Assembly (NCBI GenBank): GCA_964252035.1
Contig: OZ176209.1
DNA length: 64,000 nt
Strand: one strand, 5' to 3'
From: Podarcis erhardii
Lineage: Eukaryota
The position numbers and the translations under genes were made by a program. Positions 35,037 through 47,689 of the stretch are shown piece by piece; the stretch's first letter is position 1, and the number at the start of each line of letters is the position of its first letter. The notes beneath the pieces are model-generated. The model was not told the origin of the DNA and did no database searches. It was given only the letters and a program-made list of their open reading frames with translations.

Positions 35037-36984
35037 GGTGTATGTAAGTTCCCCTTCCTGTTGTTTGCCAGTGTCCCAGCAAATGCCATTCTGCAGCTGA
35101 ATCGCCTGGCTTTTGAAGCAGATAGGTGTTAGCCCCACATAGGCCATGCCTTCTTCACTGGCTGGGTTAGCAAATGTGTTACATCCCTTCCTCCCAGGTA
35201 TCAGATCTAAGAAGGGAAGCCTCTCATTAAATTCTGCTGCCCCTCTGTTTTCTTTATTACTCTCAGGAGAAGAGCAGCCTTTCGAAAATTTTCATTCTAC
35301 TTACCGAGCAGCCTCTTTGCCTGCCCATCTGAGCTGTCACTTACCCTTCTTCTCTACATAAGCAGAGCAAATTCATTAGGATGCACAGAGCCTGCCTTTC
35401 ATGTAGCATCCTATTTGTTTCTTCACCTTCACTGGAATTAAGCAGCTCTTGAAATCTAGGCAATTCAGAACAAGCTGTAACGAGGATATCTGGCACAAGC
35501 ATGCACTCGGGAGGAACACTCCCATCTGTTATCATCTGCATTCACAATTGTTTTGAAGCGGAAACTGCCACGGTGTTACATCTTCTGCCTCAGTTCTGAA
35601 ATGAGCAGTATAAGTCAGGGGACCATTGCACACCGATATAGGAAACTCCAACAATGTGGATATAATCAAAATTCTATGAACTTCATGCTAGCAGAATCAT
35701 AAGATGGGAACAAAACAAGGATGCAAGTAAGTCTGCTCCCATCACACAGTAGGAACAAAAACAGTTTTCTCCTTTGAAATTACTCGAATCCGTCCCAGGA
35801 AAGAAAAGTTTGACTGCCTTCTTGGGTACATATAGAACAACTAATCAGCAAAAGACAGAAAACTTCAATGAATATCCAATTCCCTCTGTTCAAAACAACA
35901 CATACCAAGTCAGATGGCATGCTATAGATGTTCTGAATTTCTCCAAAAATGTATTTATTCTGCCGACACAACATCTGTTGATGGATGTTGGGGGATTCCT
36001 TTTCACAATCGCATTCCCTTAAGAAGGTGGTGTTTCATAGGTCAAGTTTCACCATATCTAGAAGAAGAAAAAGGAAGAGTGCAAGGCTACCAACACTTAC
36101 ATATTAAAAACCGTTTCAACTTAGAGTGTATACTTCCTCTCCAGCTCTAGATCCAACATCACATGGGATTAAGGAAAAAAATTAAAAGAGATAACTCGGG
36201 GGGGGGGGAATAGCTCCCTCTCCAGGGATAGTCCTAGATACAGTACTTAAAATATTTGGGGCACAGATCATGACATAAATTTGCATGTATCCATTTGTAT
36301 GTATGGATGTGAATGTAAGCTGATTTTCTGAGTGGATGGCAGGGGAGTCCAGCGGTTAGGATGTACTCTGAGCTATGAGTATCTGCAGGTTTTTCTGGGC
36401 CTGGTACACTTTGGGTGTTTCCAGCCAATCTATTTATTGAGCATTATTCTTACTTGATGTAAGAGATGTTAGGTGATGTTAGGTCAGAGTGAGTGTTATC
36501 CCACACTTCCCAGTGCATTTCCCCCTCATTTTCCTTCCCACAAGAAGCCAGCTCTTTGGGGAAAGTTGGTTTGTTGCACAAGAGCTTCAAATCCATTCTA
36601 ATTTTGCAACCTGAATTTCCTTCTGTGTGATTGGATCCCACCCACCAATAGTGACAAGTCTGGAAATGCCCTGCATGTAGTGGATTGAGCCCTCCACATG
36701 ACCTTTCAGTCTATTAGCAAGAACTGCTGCTAATGCACATGTTAGAACTAAAGCAAAGGCTTCTGGGTCAATTAAGATGGAGAGTGGCTGTCGTTTCACT
36801 GACATTGCAGTTAGTAGTGCACTCAGATTCCCTATAAGCAATTTTCTTTTTCGGGGGGAGGGAGTTGGAAAACAGGAAGGGTCTGGAGACCTCAGGTCCA
36901 GCAAAAAAGATCTGGGTTTTGAGAGCACTAGACCATCCCATAACATGGCCCCTGTTCTCCTCCATCATTGCATGTTTACTTATG

Positions 36985-37226
36985 CAGTAGTACCTCTGGT
37001 TACGAACTTAATTCGTTCCGGAGGTCCGTTCTTAACCTGAAACCATTCTTAACCTTAGGTACCACTTTAGCTAATGGGGCCTCCTGCTGCCGCCATGCTG
37101 CTGCCACACGATTTCTGTTCTCATCCTGAGGTAAAGTTCTTAACCCAAGGTACTACTTCTGGGTTAGTGGAGTCTGTAACCTGAAGTGTTTGTAACCTGA
37201 GGGGTTTGTAACCTGAGGTACCACTG
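36985..37226. mobile_element. Tc1/mariner (Tigger-like) MITE, 242 bp
   Basis: CAGTAGTACCTCTGGTTAC ... GTAACCTGAGGTACCACTG|TA. Same family as 57026-57267, opposite orientation. Confidence 0.88.
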
Positions 37227-37913
37227 TACTACTTGGAGCAAGTAGAGGGTTAGAGGCACTGTAGCAAGAGATGGAAAATTATCCCCACAAAGTACGTGCA
37301 TGGAGCTTAAGAGCAGATAACAAATCTCTCTTTATGAAGTTGATGGAGACTGGCTAGGTCATTAGGAGATAGCAGCATCACCACAGCATGATTTGCACCT
37401 GCCATTTTAGTGCAATACAGAGCTCTAAGTGTAGGTCCTGGAATGAGATCTATTAGAAGCAAATATTCCTAGGGTATGAGAGATACCAGAATTCCCTGTC
37501 TGCGTATAGGTGGCTGGGAGATGCATCTAAAAGAAATGCTCTCAGGGAAGTTTTCCCCCTGCAAGTTCAACTTCTCAGTATTTTGCAGGAGGGATTCGAG
37601 CATATACCAGAACTCTAAGCACATTTAAAGTTAAAGCACTCTACCAGTTGTGGGGAGGGAGGGGGGTCGCGACTCGGCAGAGTCAAAGGGAATGTATGGT
37701 GCTATTACAATTTGTTGGAAAAGAATATGTAAGGAAAACAATAAAAATTCACTTGGAGAAAAAAATAAAGCACTCTATCACCCTAGAGCAGCAAGTCCAC
37801 TTTTTTTTTTTTTTAAAAAAAGAACTTTTTGCAGTTTGTAAAGTGTGGGATGAATGGACAGCAAGGAAATGGGTAAAAAGTGGGACTTATTCCCAGGTAC
37901 GTGTGTGTGCAAG

Positions 37914-37998
37914 ACTGCAATCCTATGCACACCTACCTAGAGGGAGCAAGCTCCTTTGTACACTGTAGGACTTATTTCTAAGGAAACCTCCACAGGAT
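37914..37998. repeat. Short squamate palindromic repeat (GCAATCCT...AGGATTG family)
   Basis: CTGCAATCCTATGCAC...CAGGATTGTG. Related copy near 63620-63698. Confidence 0.45.
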
Positions 37999-38151
37999 TG
38001 TGTTGCAAAATCCACTAATGCAAACAAATCAATAACCACCAACTTGGATGGCTTTAAAGAGAATTAGGCAAATTTGTAGATGATAGGCTGTCAATGACAA
38101 GCAACCCGTGATGGCTGTGCTCTGCCTCCAGGGTCGGAGGCAGCAATACTT

Positions 38152-39054
38152 GTGATTCGAGGACCCGATCCCCGCTTGGGGGAATAAAGACACGTGGACA
38201 TGGTATATAAGGTTAATGGGCCACAACTTTATTGATTACAGCATGTGAGAAGGTATTGGCTTAGGCATTGGACCACGGAAGATTTGACTCCAGCCACTCG
38301 GAGAGGGGTGAGTCTGAAGAGGGGTTAACCACCAGGAGGGGGAGCCTGTTGATGCTAATACAACTATAAGCTCTCCCCTGATGTCACCGAGGGTCATGCC
38401 ATGGCCCCCCGCCACACAGGCATCGGACAGAATCCACGACCGCCGGATTCCTTTAACGGAATACCCAAAATTGAAGGGCTAGGTGATGGCCACACCTCAC
38501 CCTTCCACACACCAACAACACATTCCAATGCCTAACCGCCACCCGGGCCCAAGAGGTTTGCCGCCAATACCCTCACAGCTGCAACCAATCTCTCAGACTA
38601 CTGGCGATGTTAGCCAGCCAAATGTCGTTTCCCCGATCCGAAAGATGAACCCCGTCATCCCGGAACAAGGTCCGGTCGCCAATCCGGATACCATCATGAG
38701 AGATAACCAGGCCATTCATAAAACGCACTTTGCGCACTATCAAACAATTTAAGAGTTTCCTGGATTTCTCATTGGCCATAATGTTATGTGCACCGCGCCA
38801 AACCCTTCTCTTCCGGAGTGAGGACCAGAACAAGGTAGTTCCAGGAAATAAAGCAGCCAACTCGTCCAAGTCTTTTTTCATGCTCCACAACAAGTCCACG
38901 CTCTTCCTGTTGGTGAGGTCATTCTCCCCCAGCTGAATGATTAGAATGTTAGGGGGCCCAAACACGGCGACTTTTTCGTTCAGCAGTGGCATGAGTTCCT
39001 CCCATCGCATGCCACGTCCACTCACAACACCTCCTCTCTGGAAGGAGGAGAGGC
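38152..39054 (-). mobile_element. Ngaro/DIRS-like tyrosine-recombinase retrotransposon 3' fragment
   Basis: GC/CpG-rich block with SGNH-hydrolase ORF, then noncoding terminal region with CAATAAAGTTGTGGCC on the minus strand. No RT or YR sequence present. Confidence 0.6.
38573..39025 (-). CDS. TE-encoded SGNH/GDSL-type hydrolase domain, N-terminally truncated (150 aa open frame)
   Basis: RGMRW (block II Gly), IIQLGENDL (block III GxND), DDGVHLS..GN (block V DxxH). Block I Ser absent. Confidence 0.75.
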   Translation of the reverse strand: MSGRGMRWEELMPLLNEKVAVFGPPNILIIQLGENDLTNRKSVDLLWSMKKDLDELAALFPGTTLFWSSLRKRRVWRGAHNIMANEKSRKLLNCLIVRKVRFMNGLVISHDGIRIGDRTLFRDDGVHLSDRGNDIWLANIASSLRDWLQL

Positions 39055-40304
39055 CTTCTCAATACTAGTTGCTGGAAACCACAGGAGGTGTGGTCTTGGG
39101 TTCAAGTCCTGCTTGCAGATTTCCTTACGCATATGGTTGACCGCTGTAATACAGGACGCAGGACTAGATGGGCCATTGGCCTGATCCAGCAGCCTCTTCT
39201 TATGCTCTTTTCTCTATTTACTGTACTGTACTGTACTGACTTTTTATTCTAGGGATTAATAATATTTTGAATTCAATGCAAAATATGCATCAGAGGGGAA
39301 TTATTAGCAATTCACTAATGTGTGCACTCCAATAACCAGCTTGAGACATGGAATTCATGTATGGCAAACAAAAACAAAAAAACAAAAAAATTATCCAGGC
39401 AAGTCTTCGCAATTCAAACAAGGGAGGAACAAAGACCGAACGCGGAATACAAATACAAATATCCATTACGGTTTTGAGAACAGAGATGAAAAGGCTCAAT
39501 ATTTGCTAGGCATTAAATTGAATGATGATTGTGGAAGGAGCGATCGTAAAAGGATTGGTTGCAGCAGCTAAAATTGAAATCAGGTTATGTAACGATGCTG
39601 TGATTTGCTAAGAGCAATGCTTTCAAATCCCTCCCTCCCACCAAACTTAATGGTGTGCTCTTTCTTGTTGCTATGCAGCAAGGCTACCATAAAAGAAATG
39701 TGAGCAATGCAAAAGCTATGGCCTAATTTTGCTAATGATCACTGGAGTCCTCCTAGTGACCTTTTAGCAGTCTGTGCCTAAGTTCTGCCCTGATCCAGAT
39801 TTTTCAATAACAATCCCACTCCAGCACAACAACACAGTATTTATCTCCTTAGCTGCATTAAAAAATAAACAAATCTGACAGCAGAGTCACAACAACATCT
39901 GTTTTATAGATAGCACCCTAAAGCTAACCCATTCATCTTGATTAAGTCATGCTTCCAATAAGAAAGAAGAAGATCCAAAGTCCTTTCAATATGCAGTATA
40001 TATTTGTGTTTTCTTGAAGGTGTATAGATGAAACTCACTTCTAGACAACCTGTTTACTCAGCACTCATCCTGATTTATTTGTCCAAAGTTTTCAGGGAGG
40101 TTACTGAGCAGCTAGTTCTTTCCAGCTGTTTATTCAACATGCAATCTGATTTGTTTGTGGGGAGGTTATACAGTGTCACATCAAGCAATTTTTATCCTGC
40201 ATTTTCCTGCCACCTACCTTCCTACAAAATCCACTCTAATGAATTCATCCCACTTTAATACTTGAATTTAATACCTGAATTTTCTTTAATTGCTTTTGTA
40301 AAAT

Positions 40305-40529
40305 AGTGGCAGTCTGTAAACCCCTTAGGTTTGCCACAGGGGGGCAATTTGATTTTTAAGAGGGGCAATTCGAGAATGAGTTAGACCAAGTTAATGGCCT
40401 TTTAGGCTTCCTCCATGTGAATAGGAGTTCACTTTTTGAATAATAAGAATTATATGTCACAGGGGGAGGGCATCAGGATTTTAGAGATGCTTAGGTGGAG
40501 CATGGCCAAAAAAAGCTTGGGAACCACTG
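40305..40529. mobile_element. hAT (Charlie-like) non-autonomous element, right part
   Basis: Ends AAAAAGCTTGGGAACCACTG. Left TIR not recognisable. Confidence 0.5.
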
Positions 40530-40882
40530 ATCTAAACTGTTTGAGAAGCACTGAAACTAGATATGTATCTTCCAATTGCTTGATATAATCACCCTGTGGC
40601 TGTTATCAGAGTTAACCACATGTTTATTTAGTCACATTCCTTATAGTGGGGTGGGATTGCTGAAAATAATGCCAATATATTTCGCATCTGGCAGGCAACC
40701 AATGCACTGCTTTGGTTTCAGATAGTATATAGGTAGATGATTTTTTTCAGCTCTCCCACCCCACTATTAGATACAGAGAGGCTGACAGAAGTAAACTACA
40801 ACTGGCAGCCCTTGATACAGTAGACAGGACATTTTCTCTAAACAACTGTAAAAGAAGCTGTTATACAACTGCACCTAAAGAA

Positions 40883-40924
40883 GAAAAACTGTGCTGGACA
40901 ATTGAAAAACTGTGCTGGACAATT
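40883..40924. repeat. Perfect 21-bp tandem duplication
   Basis: GAAAAACTGTGCTGGACAATT x2. Confidence 0.95.
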
Positions 40925-40954
40925 ATCAGCCAGCTGCTAATAGTGATGGTGGCA

Positions 40955-41270
40955 GCACAACCACAGACATTCTTGGAAGACACCGATGATCTTGAACCAT
41001 TTCAGTCCAAATTCAGGTCTGGCTTTGGGACCCAATCAGTCTTGGTCACTGTGATGAATGGCTTTTATCCAGAGAGGGGTACTGCAACCTGTTGATGACG
41101 CTTGACTTCTCAGTGGTGATCAATACCAACATTCTCCTGTAGGATGGGAACTGTTGGCACTGAACTTTAGTGGTTCCGTTCCCACCTGCAAAAATGTTCA
41201 TGGCGAGTAGCTTTGGATCGTGCTCCTCACAACCTTTTAGCAAGAGTAGCCAAGGGAGCCACAACAAATG
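40955..41270 (+). mobile_element. L2 reverse-transcriptase relic
   Basis: Translates QTFLEDTDDLEPFQSKFRSGFGTQSVLV, similar to L2 LDPFQSGFRPG.GTETALV. Later TAGTGGTTCCGTTCCCACCT corresponds to QWFRSYL. Confidence 0.6.
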
Positions 41271-42904
41271 TAAAGGCGTCAAGGGACCCTCTGAGCCCCT
41301 TGACATTTGAGAACTGGACTTTGCTATGACAGGGGACTCGCTTAGCCATGGATTCATTCCATGGTGTTTCCACAAGGTTTCAGGCTGCACCACCTTGGCA
41401 GCTGCAGTCATATGAGCCATGCAACTATCACTCAACCTGGACTGGAGGCAACCATTGGCTAGAAAGGCCCCAGGTCATTGGCAGGTGTTGCCTTTAACCA
41501 TTATAGCAGTAGGATGGATGAAACTACAATCCAGCAGGTTCCATATGAAATGCAACACTGACGTCAGCTGATGGGGAATAAGTCTGATATCTGCAGGCTA
41601 GATTCATCTATATTCAGTCTTGTAGGGTGCCCTTCTCAAGCGCTTTCCCACTTGACACCCCATCTCGTGGCAGTCCCAGATTCAGGATTTGGGCTTCAGC
41701 CAAATCCAGTTCACAGCCCAAGTAAATCTCCCAAGCCCAAATTAAACGAAGCACATTGAACATGTATCCCTCATGTGGAGTTTTCATTTCCCTGCACAGT
41801 TTAGGTTTAATAATATCTGTTAGGTCATGGAGCCATTTTGAAAGAGCAAGTCTGCTTTCCAACCCCAGTTTAGGACACAGTGTTGCTGTTTCTAGCAACT
41901 AAAATAGAGAGATCCCACAGCTACAAAGTAGAGAAAGTTAATATACAGATAAAAACCTCTCCTATGAAGCTCAAAAGGGAGATCGGGAGCTTTGAAATGC
42001 TAATAATTGGATAGGATGTAAGACAAGTTCCAGGGGAATGCATCTCTAAAGCCATCGAGCCTGATCTGATTTTATATTGCTTAATAAATTTATGAGGCAC
42101 CAATTTCACCAGCTAAGCATTCTTTTTTAGCTAATTTGCTGAGAGAAAGAATTCATGTCTGGTACAGCTTAAATTGAAAAATATAAATGAAACTGAAGCC
42201 ATGTTCTATGTTATTTTGTCATTATTACTGAATGCTAAATATTATTCAGTGCTTACAATAATTGCCCTGAACAATATCCACAGGGGAAGAAAATGCTCTA
42301 AAGTGTTGATTCTGCGTCCCGCACCCTCTCGCTGGTATGATTTCAAGTCCCCCAGAATAGCAAGTTTAGGGCAGAAGCATAAAAAAGAAGGGCTGTGAGA
42401 GATACGAGTTTAACTGAATGAAACTAGTAATGCTATCTCTGCTATGAAGTTTCCAGAATATAAAAGTGTATATGACCACCACAATGAGGTTGATCAGATG
42501 ATAAGAACAGGACATGAAGGAGAAAAGTACAGGACTAGCCAGCCCCTGGGAGATTTTTAAAATGTTTTTCATAAGTGTCCATTATGACCAATTCGTTTAT
42601 GCAGATATAAATTAGAAAATTTCTATATTGGAAATGCTTTAGGAACATTGCCTGCCAAAATAAATAAAATAGCGGGTTGTGAAACTGTTTCCTCAAATGC
42701 CTCACAATTTCATTCTGTGGAAGTAGAAATTGTTTTGCATTTCTCTTAAAATAAATGAAACCTCTGTATGGTACACGGTGATGCTTTTGTGGTTGGCCAC
42801 AGAGTGCTGGTTCAGAGTGCTGCAATGAACAAGACGTCCTCACAACATTTTTGTTCCACACAGACACAGGAGTAGGGAGGGACAAGAAACTCAATTCAGT
42901 TTAC

Positions 42905-43294
42905 ATTTAAAGTAAAACTGAATTCACCTGCTCTTCCTGAAACCAACCAAAATGCAACTGCTCTTTAAAAGCCACGCTTCTCCAAATTTTGCAATGCAGT
43001 TCGGCAGGCAAGTTATATGTAGAAAAATGAATTTACTAGCGAAGTGTGCATAAAAATGTGCACACTGGATAAAAAAAACATACAAAATGCATCGCTTTAG
43101 GGAAATGGCTTGCAAAACTGTGTATTAGGCAAAATTGCACTCCAAAGCGTATATTAAGAGAGATTCACACTAAAATTCAAATGCATTTTCATTATGACTT
43201 TTTGAAAAGATAACAAACAGATGTACAGAATTGATCTTAAGTTTGGAAAAATGAGGAACCATGAAAAATAGAAACATAGGTTTGTCCATCCCTA
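42905..43294 (-). mobile_element. Non-autonomous DNA-transposon-like repeat (TAGGGATGG-end family)
   Basis: Ends CCATCCCTA; reverse complement resembles 52525-52915. Confidence 0.55.
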
Positions 43295-43642
43295 TACAGG
43301 AGCCTTAATCTCAGCAACAATGCTAGTTTGCCAATGGAGGGAGCTGTTGGTCTGTTCTTTTCCGTGTTTCAGTGCTGCCACTGCAGGTGGCAAGAGGGTG
43401 CAATTGCATCTACCAGCTCAACAAGGATAGACACTGAGTCAAGCAGGTCCCATTTGATCTTATAAAGCTGCTCAGGCCTATTTGAATATAAACACAGGAA
43501 GTCCAAGACAAAAAGCTGCCTTATGCTATTGAACTATCTAGCTCAGTATTGATACTGACTGGAAACAGCTCTCCAGGACAGACAGGCATTTTTCTCATCC
43601 TTATCTGAATACAGTAGGGATAGATAATATAACATTTTGCAA

Positions 43643-43660
43643 CTCTCTCTCTCTCTCTCT
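43643..43660. repeat. (CT)9 microsatellite
   Basis: Read directly. Confidence 0.9.
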
Positions 43661-43868
43661 CCCACACACTTTCTTCCCTCCTGTAGCTGACTGGCTCAGA
43701 ATGTGGTGCTCAGAGTACCAAAGCTTGTGTATTTGAGCCCCATGCTGGCTAATACAAATGAGGGTGGGGCCTCTGCATTTTCAGGCAAGTGTACCTCCTG
43801 AGCTAAAGATGGAGACTGTAGTCAGCTCCTGTTGTCACTGCCATGCAAATCTCTAGCAACCCTTAGAG

Positions 43869-43996
43869 CAGGAGTGGCCAATGTTGTGCCTTCCAGATGT
43901 TGCTGGCCCCCAGCACCCATCAGCCCCAGTCAAGGGTCGGGGTGATGGGAGTTGTAGTCCAGCAACATCTGAAGGGAACCACTTCTGCTACCCTTG
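43869..43996. mobile_element. Fold-back hAT MITE, full length
   Basis: TTCCAGATGTTGCTGG...CCAGCAACATCTGAAGG arms. 8-bp TSD CCTTAGAG / CCCTAGAG (7/8). Confidence 0.8.
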
Positions 43997-44023
43997 CCCT
44001 AGAGGCAAACCGCTTAGACAGTG

Positions 44024-44149
44024 GGTTGGATTCAGGCCTAGTCCTGTTTAGAGTGGGCCTATTGAAATCAACAGGATTTAGGCTAATCACAACTAGCTTA
44101 TGTCCCATAGTTATCAGTGGATCTGTTCTGACTAAGTCGGAATCCAACC
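44024..44149. repeat. Palindromic short repeat/MITE
   Basis: Perfect 10-bp inverted ends GGTTGGATTC / GAATCCAACC. Confidence 0.55.
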
Positions 44150-45207
44150 TAAAATGGGCTCTAGTACAATAGCTCTTTACATGCACAGCAAATATTCTAT
44201 TTCAGCTTCTTCCCAGATGCAACTGAGATGCTTAAAGCTTACTGACTAGCTTACTGTCATTTTCTCTGTATTGATAGTTTTAAAGGTCTTCTATTTATTT
44301 AGTTAGTTAGGTAGCAGTGTGCCTGTTTTAACAGAATGCTCTCCATTTTATGGTACATTTTATGTTCCTGCCTTTCTTTGACCAGGGTACAGAGATTTGG
44401 GTATGTGGTGGTATAATAGCATGGAATAATAAGGATTAACAGGCTCAGGTTCTCCAGAAGGTCAAGTACCTTGGGTTGATTGAGAGTGTCCAATCTGGGC
44501 TTGTCTGGGCTGTAGAGAATCCAGGTGTACAGAGGAAAGGGGAAGCAGGAAACTGGAGGTGGGAACTTCAGGGTTTATTTTCCTATCCAGCTAGCTACTG
44601 TTAAAATATTTATGTTGAAATGCTTTGGAAAGAGAACATTGCTTTGCATTGAGGCATTAGAGAAAGCGTCCCAAATCTCAAGAAACTGATGGTGCTGGCA
44701 GGTTTGTTTGCAAGGACTGCATTCTCAATAAGCATGCATTTATCTTTTTCCTGACTATTCTCTTATTTAAAAGGCCATACTGGTTGTGCATTAGCCTGGT
44801 AGGAATCATGAATATTGTGCTATCATGTGTTGTTTCTTCAACCCACAAATATATTATTACTGTTATGTCAAGTATATTCCTATGACTTCTTCAGCTTTAG
44901 TTTCTCGTCACCTTGTTGCTCCTGAGGACAAAGGAAACTTTTCAGCAAGATAAATGTAATTGGACTTGCCTCACTTGCCTGACCCAGCAGAAAGATGATT
45001 CCTGTTTCCAGCCTGCAACAAAGAAAATACCTAATTTAGCAGTGATGACATAATCTGCGCCAACTCTGAAGACTGGAAAGGATTTCTGAAACCAGTAGGC
45101 TTGAATATGCAAGGGGTCCAATTCATTTATTGTTCTAGAGCAGCATTTCTCAAGGCGTGAGCCTCATGGCTCACAAGCCGACCCAGGCACCACAGTATTT
45201 CAGATTT

Positions 45208-45341
45208 CAGGATCTGGCTAAGCCTTCCAGATGTTTCTGATTGCAGTACCCATCCGCCCCAACCAGCATGGCTGTGCAGGCAATGACTGATGGGAGTTGC
45301 AGCTGAAAAATATATGGATGGAGGCAAGCTGGGCAAGGCTG
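45208..45341. mobile_element. Fold-back hAT MITE, degenerate
   Basis: CCTTCCAGATGTTT...CCCATC...GATGGGAGTTGCAG core. Confidence 0.55.
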
Positions 45342-46122
45342 ATCTAGAGGCACAGCTGCCCTTAGTCCACCACTCTAACTAAAACTGCCAAATTTCATGT
45401 AATGATGTGGGTGGCACATATGGCCCTAGAACCATATAGTCTCTTTCTTGATCTTGTTTTTGTTTTTGTTTTACCCATGCTATCTCTCAAAACTACAGAG
45501 AAGGCTAACAATTTGAAAAGTATACTAGCATTTAAATATCTTCACTGTAAAGCATACATGCATGCAAAAGACAAGGAACCCTCAAGTGCTACTGTGCTGC
45601 CTCATTTTATCTGGCTTTTGAAGGTAATTCTAAAGGAGAGATGTGTGGGTGGTGGTGGCACCTCAATTCTCAGTTGAGAGTGAGCACACAGAAGGTGCCA
45701 TTGTGAAGCTACCCTCCACTAACTGCAGGGTTGACACTGAGAGAAAGGAAAGGGAGCGATCTCAGAGTTGCTGAGTGGAGAAGCCATCTGGGAATCTATA
45801 AGGTAAAATCAGAACGGTGACTGGAACGCTACTGCAAAGTAATAGGCCTCTTAAAACTGCCTTGTTAAAAATTGGATTGACACACTAGTTGAAGTCTCTG
45901 GATAGATTTCGAGGGCAACCACACCTCTAGCCGCAATAATTTCTGGAGAATCTAAAGGCATGAAGGATTCTGATAGCAAGGTCATTAAAAATTGAAAGCC
46001 AATATCCTGACTTTCTCTCCGAGTTGACTCTGTGGTGCTTTTATCTACTGCTGCTTTCAGATGGTCAAGATGGCTGAGGAAGCACAATGGGCAACTTCTG
46101 TTATGCAGTCATAACATTTCTG

Positions 46123-46440
46123 TCAGGCCTCATCAAGAGTATGCTTCTGGTTGTCAGATGTGCAGTCCAGAAAGGCAAGGCTGAGGCTGGAACCAGCAAG
46201 ACAGGGGCCAAAGGGCAAAGGCAGGTGTAATCCAAACAGGCATAGTCAAAAGTTGAGTCCCAAACGAGGCAGGGCACTAGGAGTATGAAACTATTCATAA
46301 CAATAAGTTGCTGTGGGACTGATGGACCAACTCCTGAAGCCTGGGCTTCATAGGCCAAGGTGAGTCAAGATTGGCCTGTTTGAGGGTGGGGATGTCACCT
46401 GATGATTACTGCTGCCTAGGTGATCCTCTTTCCCTGCAGC
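46123..46440 (-). mobile_element. Degenerate LTR-like segment
   Basis: Starts TGTCAGG with purine-rich AGGC/CAAA repeats typical of lizard Gypsy LTRs. Boundaries uncertain. Confidence 0.35.
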
Positions 46441-46641
46441 ATATAGGGTTGCAGGAAAGGCAGAGTACTGGTAGTGTAGGAGGCAGGTGCCAATTGCTGA
46501 GTGTGCCAGTTCAACCCTCACTCCTCTGTCACCCTCCAGTTTCATGGCAGGAATGTGCTAGATTGTATAAAGAGCATACATACACGCAGCCTTTCCCCAA
46601 AAGGTTTAGTATTGCTATGGGCCACACCAATCTCCAAGCGG

Positions 46642-46978
46642 TGTCAGATTCCAGGGGTCTTGGCACTTCACCAGGTTTTGTGTTTCCTTTGGGAGAAATG
46701 AGGCACAGCAGAGACTACAGTGTCTTTAAGATTATATAGTTTTATTTAAACATATATAAACCTTAGCTTTGATGGAGAGTGTTCAGAATACTGCACCCCA
46801 ATAGTGTCTCTTGTTGCATCTCCCATAGCTTCAGCAAGCTTGGGTTCAGAAGAGAAGCCAGCCATGCTCCCTGGTCTCTGGGTACAGCCCGTCCCTGCCA
46901 GCCCTCACGGAGATCTGCCCACTTCCTGCTTCTTCTTCCCAAAATCCCAAAGCAGAAGGCATAATGATGACAGTGACA
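46642..46978 (-). mobile_element. Solo-LTR-like segment
   Basis: TGTCAG...TGACA ends and minus-strand AATAAA near 46743. No TSD. Confidence 0.4.
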
Positions 46979-47025
46979 TATGACCAATAGAGTTTACCAA
47001 GGTATGCATGCATCATGTTAAGTTA

Positions 47026-47349
47026 GGTAAAGGTAAAGGTACCCCTGACCGTTAGGTCCAGTCGTGGAGGGAGCCAGCGTTTCTCCGCAGACAGCATCCG
47101 GGTCATGTGGCCAGCATCACTAAGCCACTTCTGGCGAACCAGAGCAGCACACGGAAACGCAGTTTACCTTCCTGCCAGAGTGGTACCTATTTATCTACTT
47201 GCACTTTGACGTGCTTTCGAACTGCTAGGTGGGCAGGAGCTGGGACCAAACAACAGGAGCTCACTCTGTCGCAGGGATTCGAACCGCCTACCTTCTGATC
47301 GGCAAGCCCTAGGCTCTGTGGTTTAGACCACAGTACCACCTGTGTCCCT
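47026..47349 (-). mobile_element. Sauria SINE (Squam1/BovB-partner), near full length with ~40-nt internal deletion
   Basis: (GGTAAA)n tail, GGGTCATGTGGCCAGCAT, GGGATTCGAACC B-box. 13-bp TSD TCATGTTAAGTTA at 47013-47025 and 47350-47362. Confidence 0.93.
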
Positions 47350-47689
47350 TCATGTTAAGTTACCATATCCCAAATTCTCAGTATTTGCCCATTCTCTAGG
47401 TTCACTGTACAAGTGCTGGTATATGCACCTTCTAGTAATGTTTTCAACACCGATGTGCCTCGTGGTTTTGTTAGTGAATAGCTAGCAGTTTCTTACACAC
47501 AAGAGAAGCAGTTTTAAAGAAATGAACACCTCATGTACCTGCTTAAAGGAGTGCTCATGTGATGACTAGGTGGTAGGGCCATGCTGCCTGGAGACTTCCA
47601 TGCAACTAGGACTCATCCTGTACTCCATCACACATCTGGTGCATTAAATGGGCTTAAGAAGTATTTAAAAGTATGAGTTGAGGAGTTCC

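Larger units (their letters stand above)
38035..39209 (+). mobile_element. CR1-type 3' fragment split by an insertion (arms 38035-38151 and ~39055-39209)
   Basis: CCACCAACTTGGATGGCTTTAAA...GGAGGCAGCAATACTT | TTCTCAATACTAGTTGCTGGAAACC...CCTGATCCAGCAGCCTCTTCTTATG. The arms join into a continuous sequence like the copy at 9935-10245. Confidence 0.75.

Noticed and set aside
33988-35132. 146-aa and 150-aa ORFs as host genes
   Set aside because: They overlap LTR-like and hAT MITE sequence, start at non-ATG codons, and are low-complexity with no domain signature.
45851-46087. Minus-strand exon-like frame (HLDHLKAAVDKSTTESTRRESQDIG...)
   Set aside because: No recognisable homology, no partner exons, and adjacent to LTR-like repeats.
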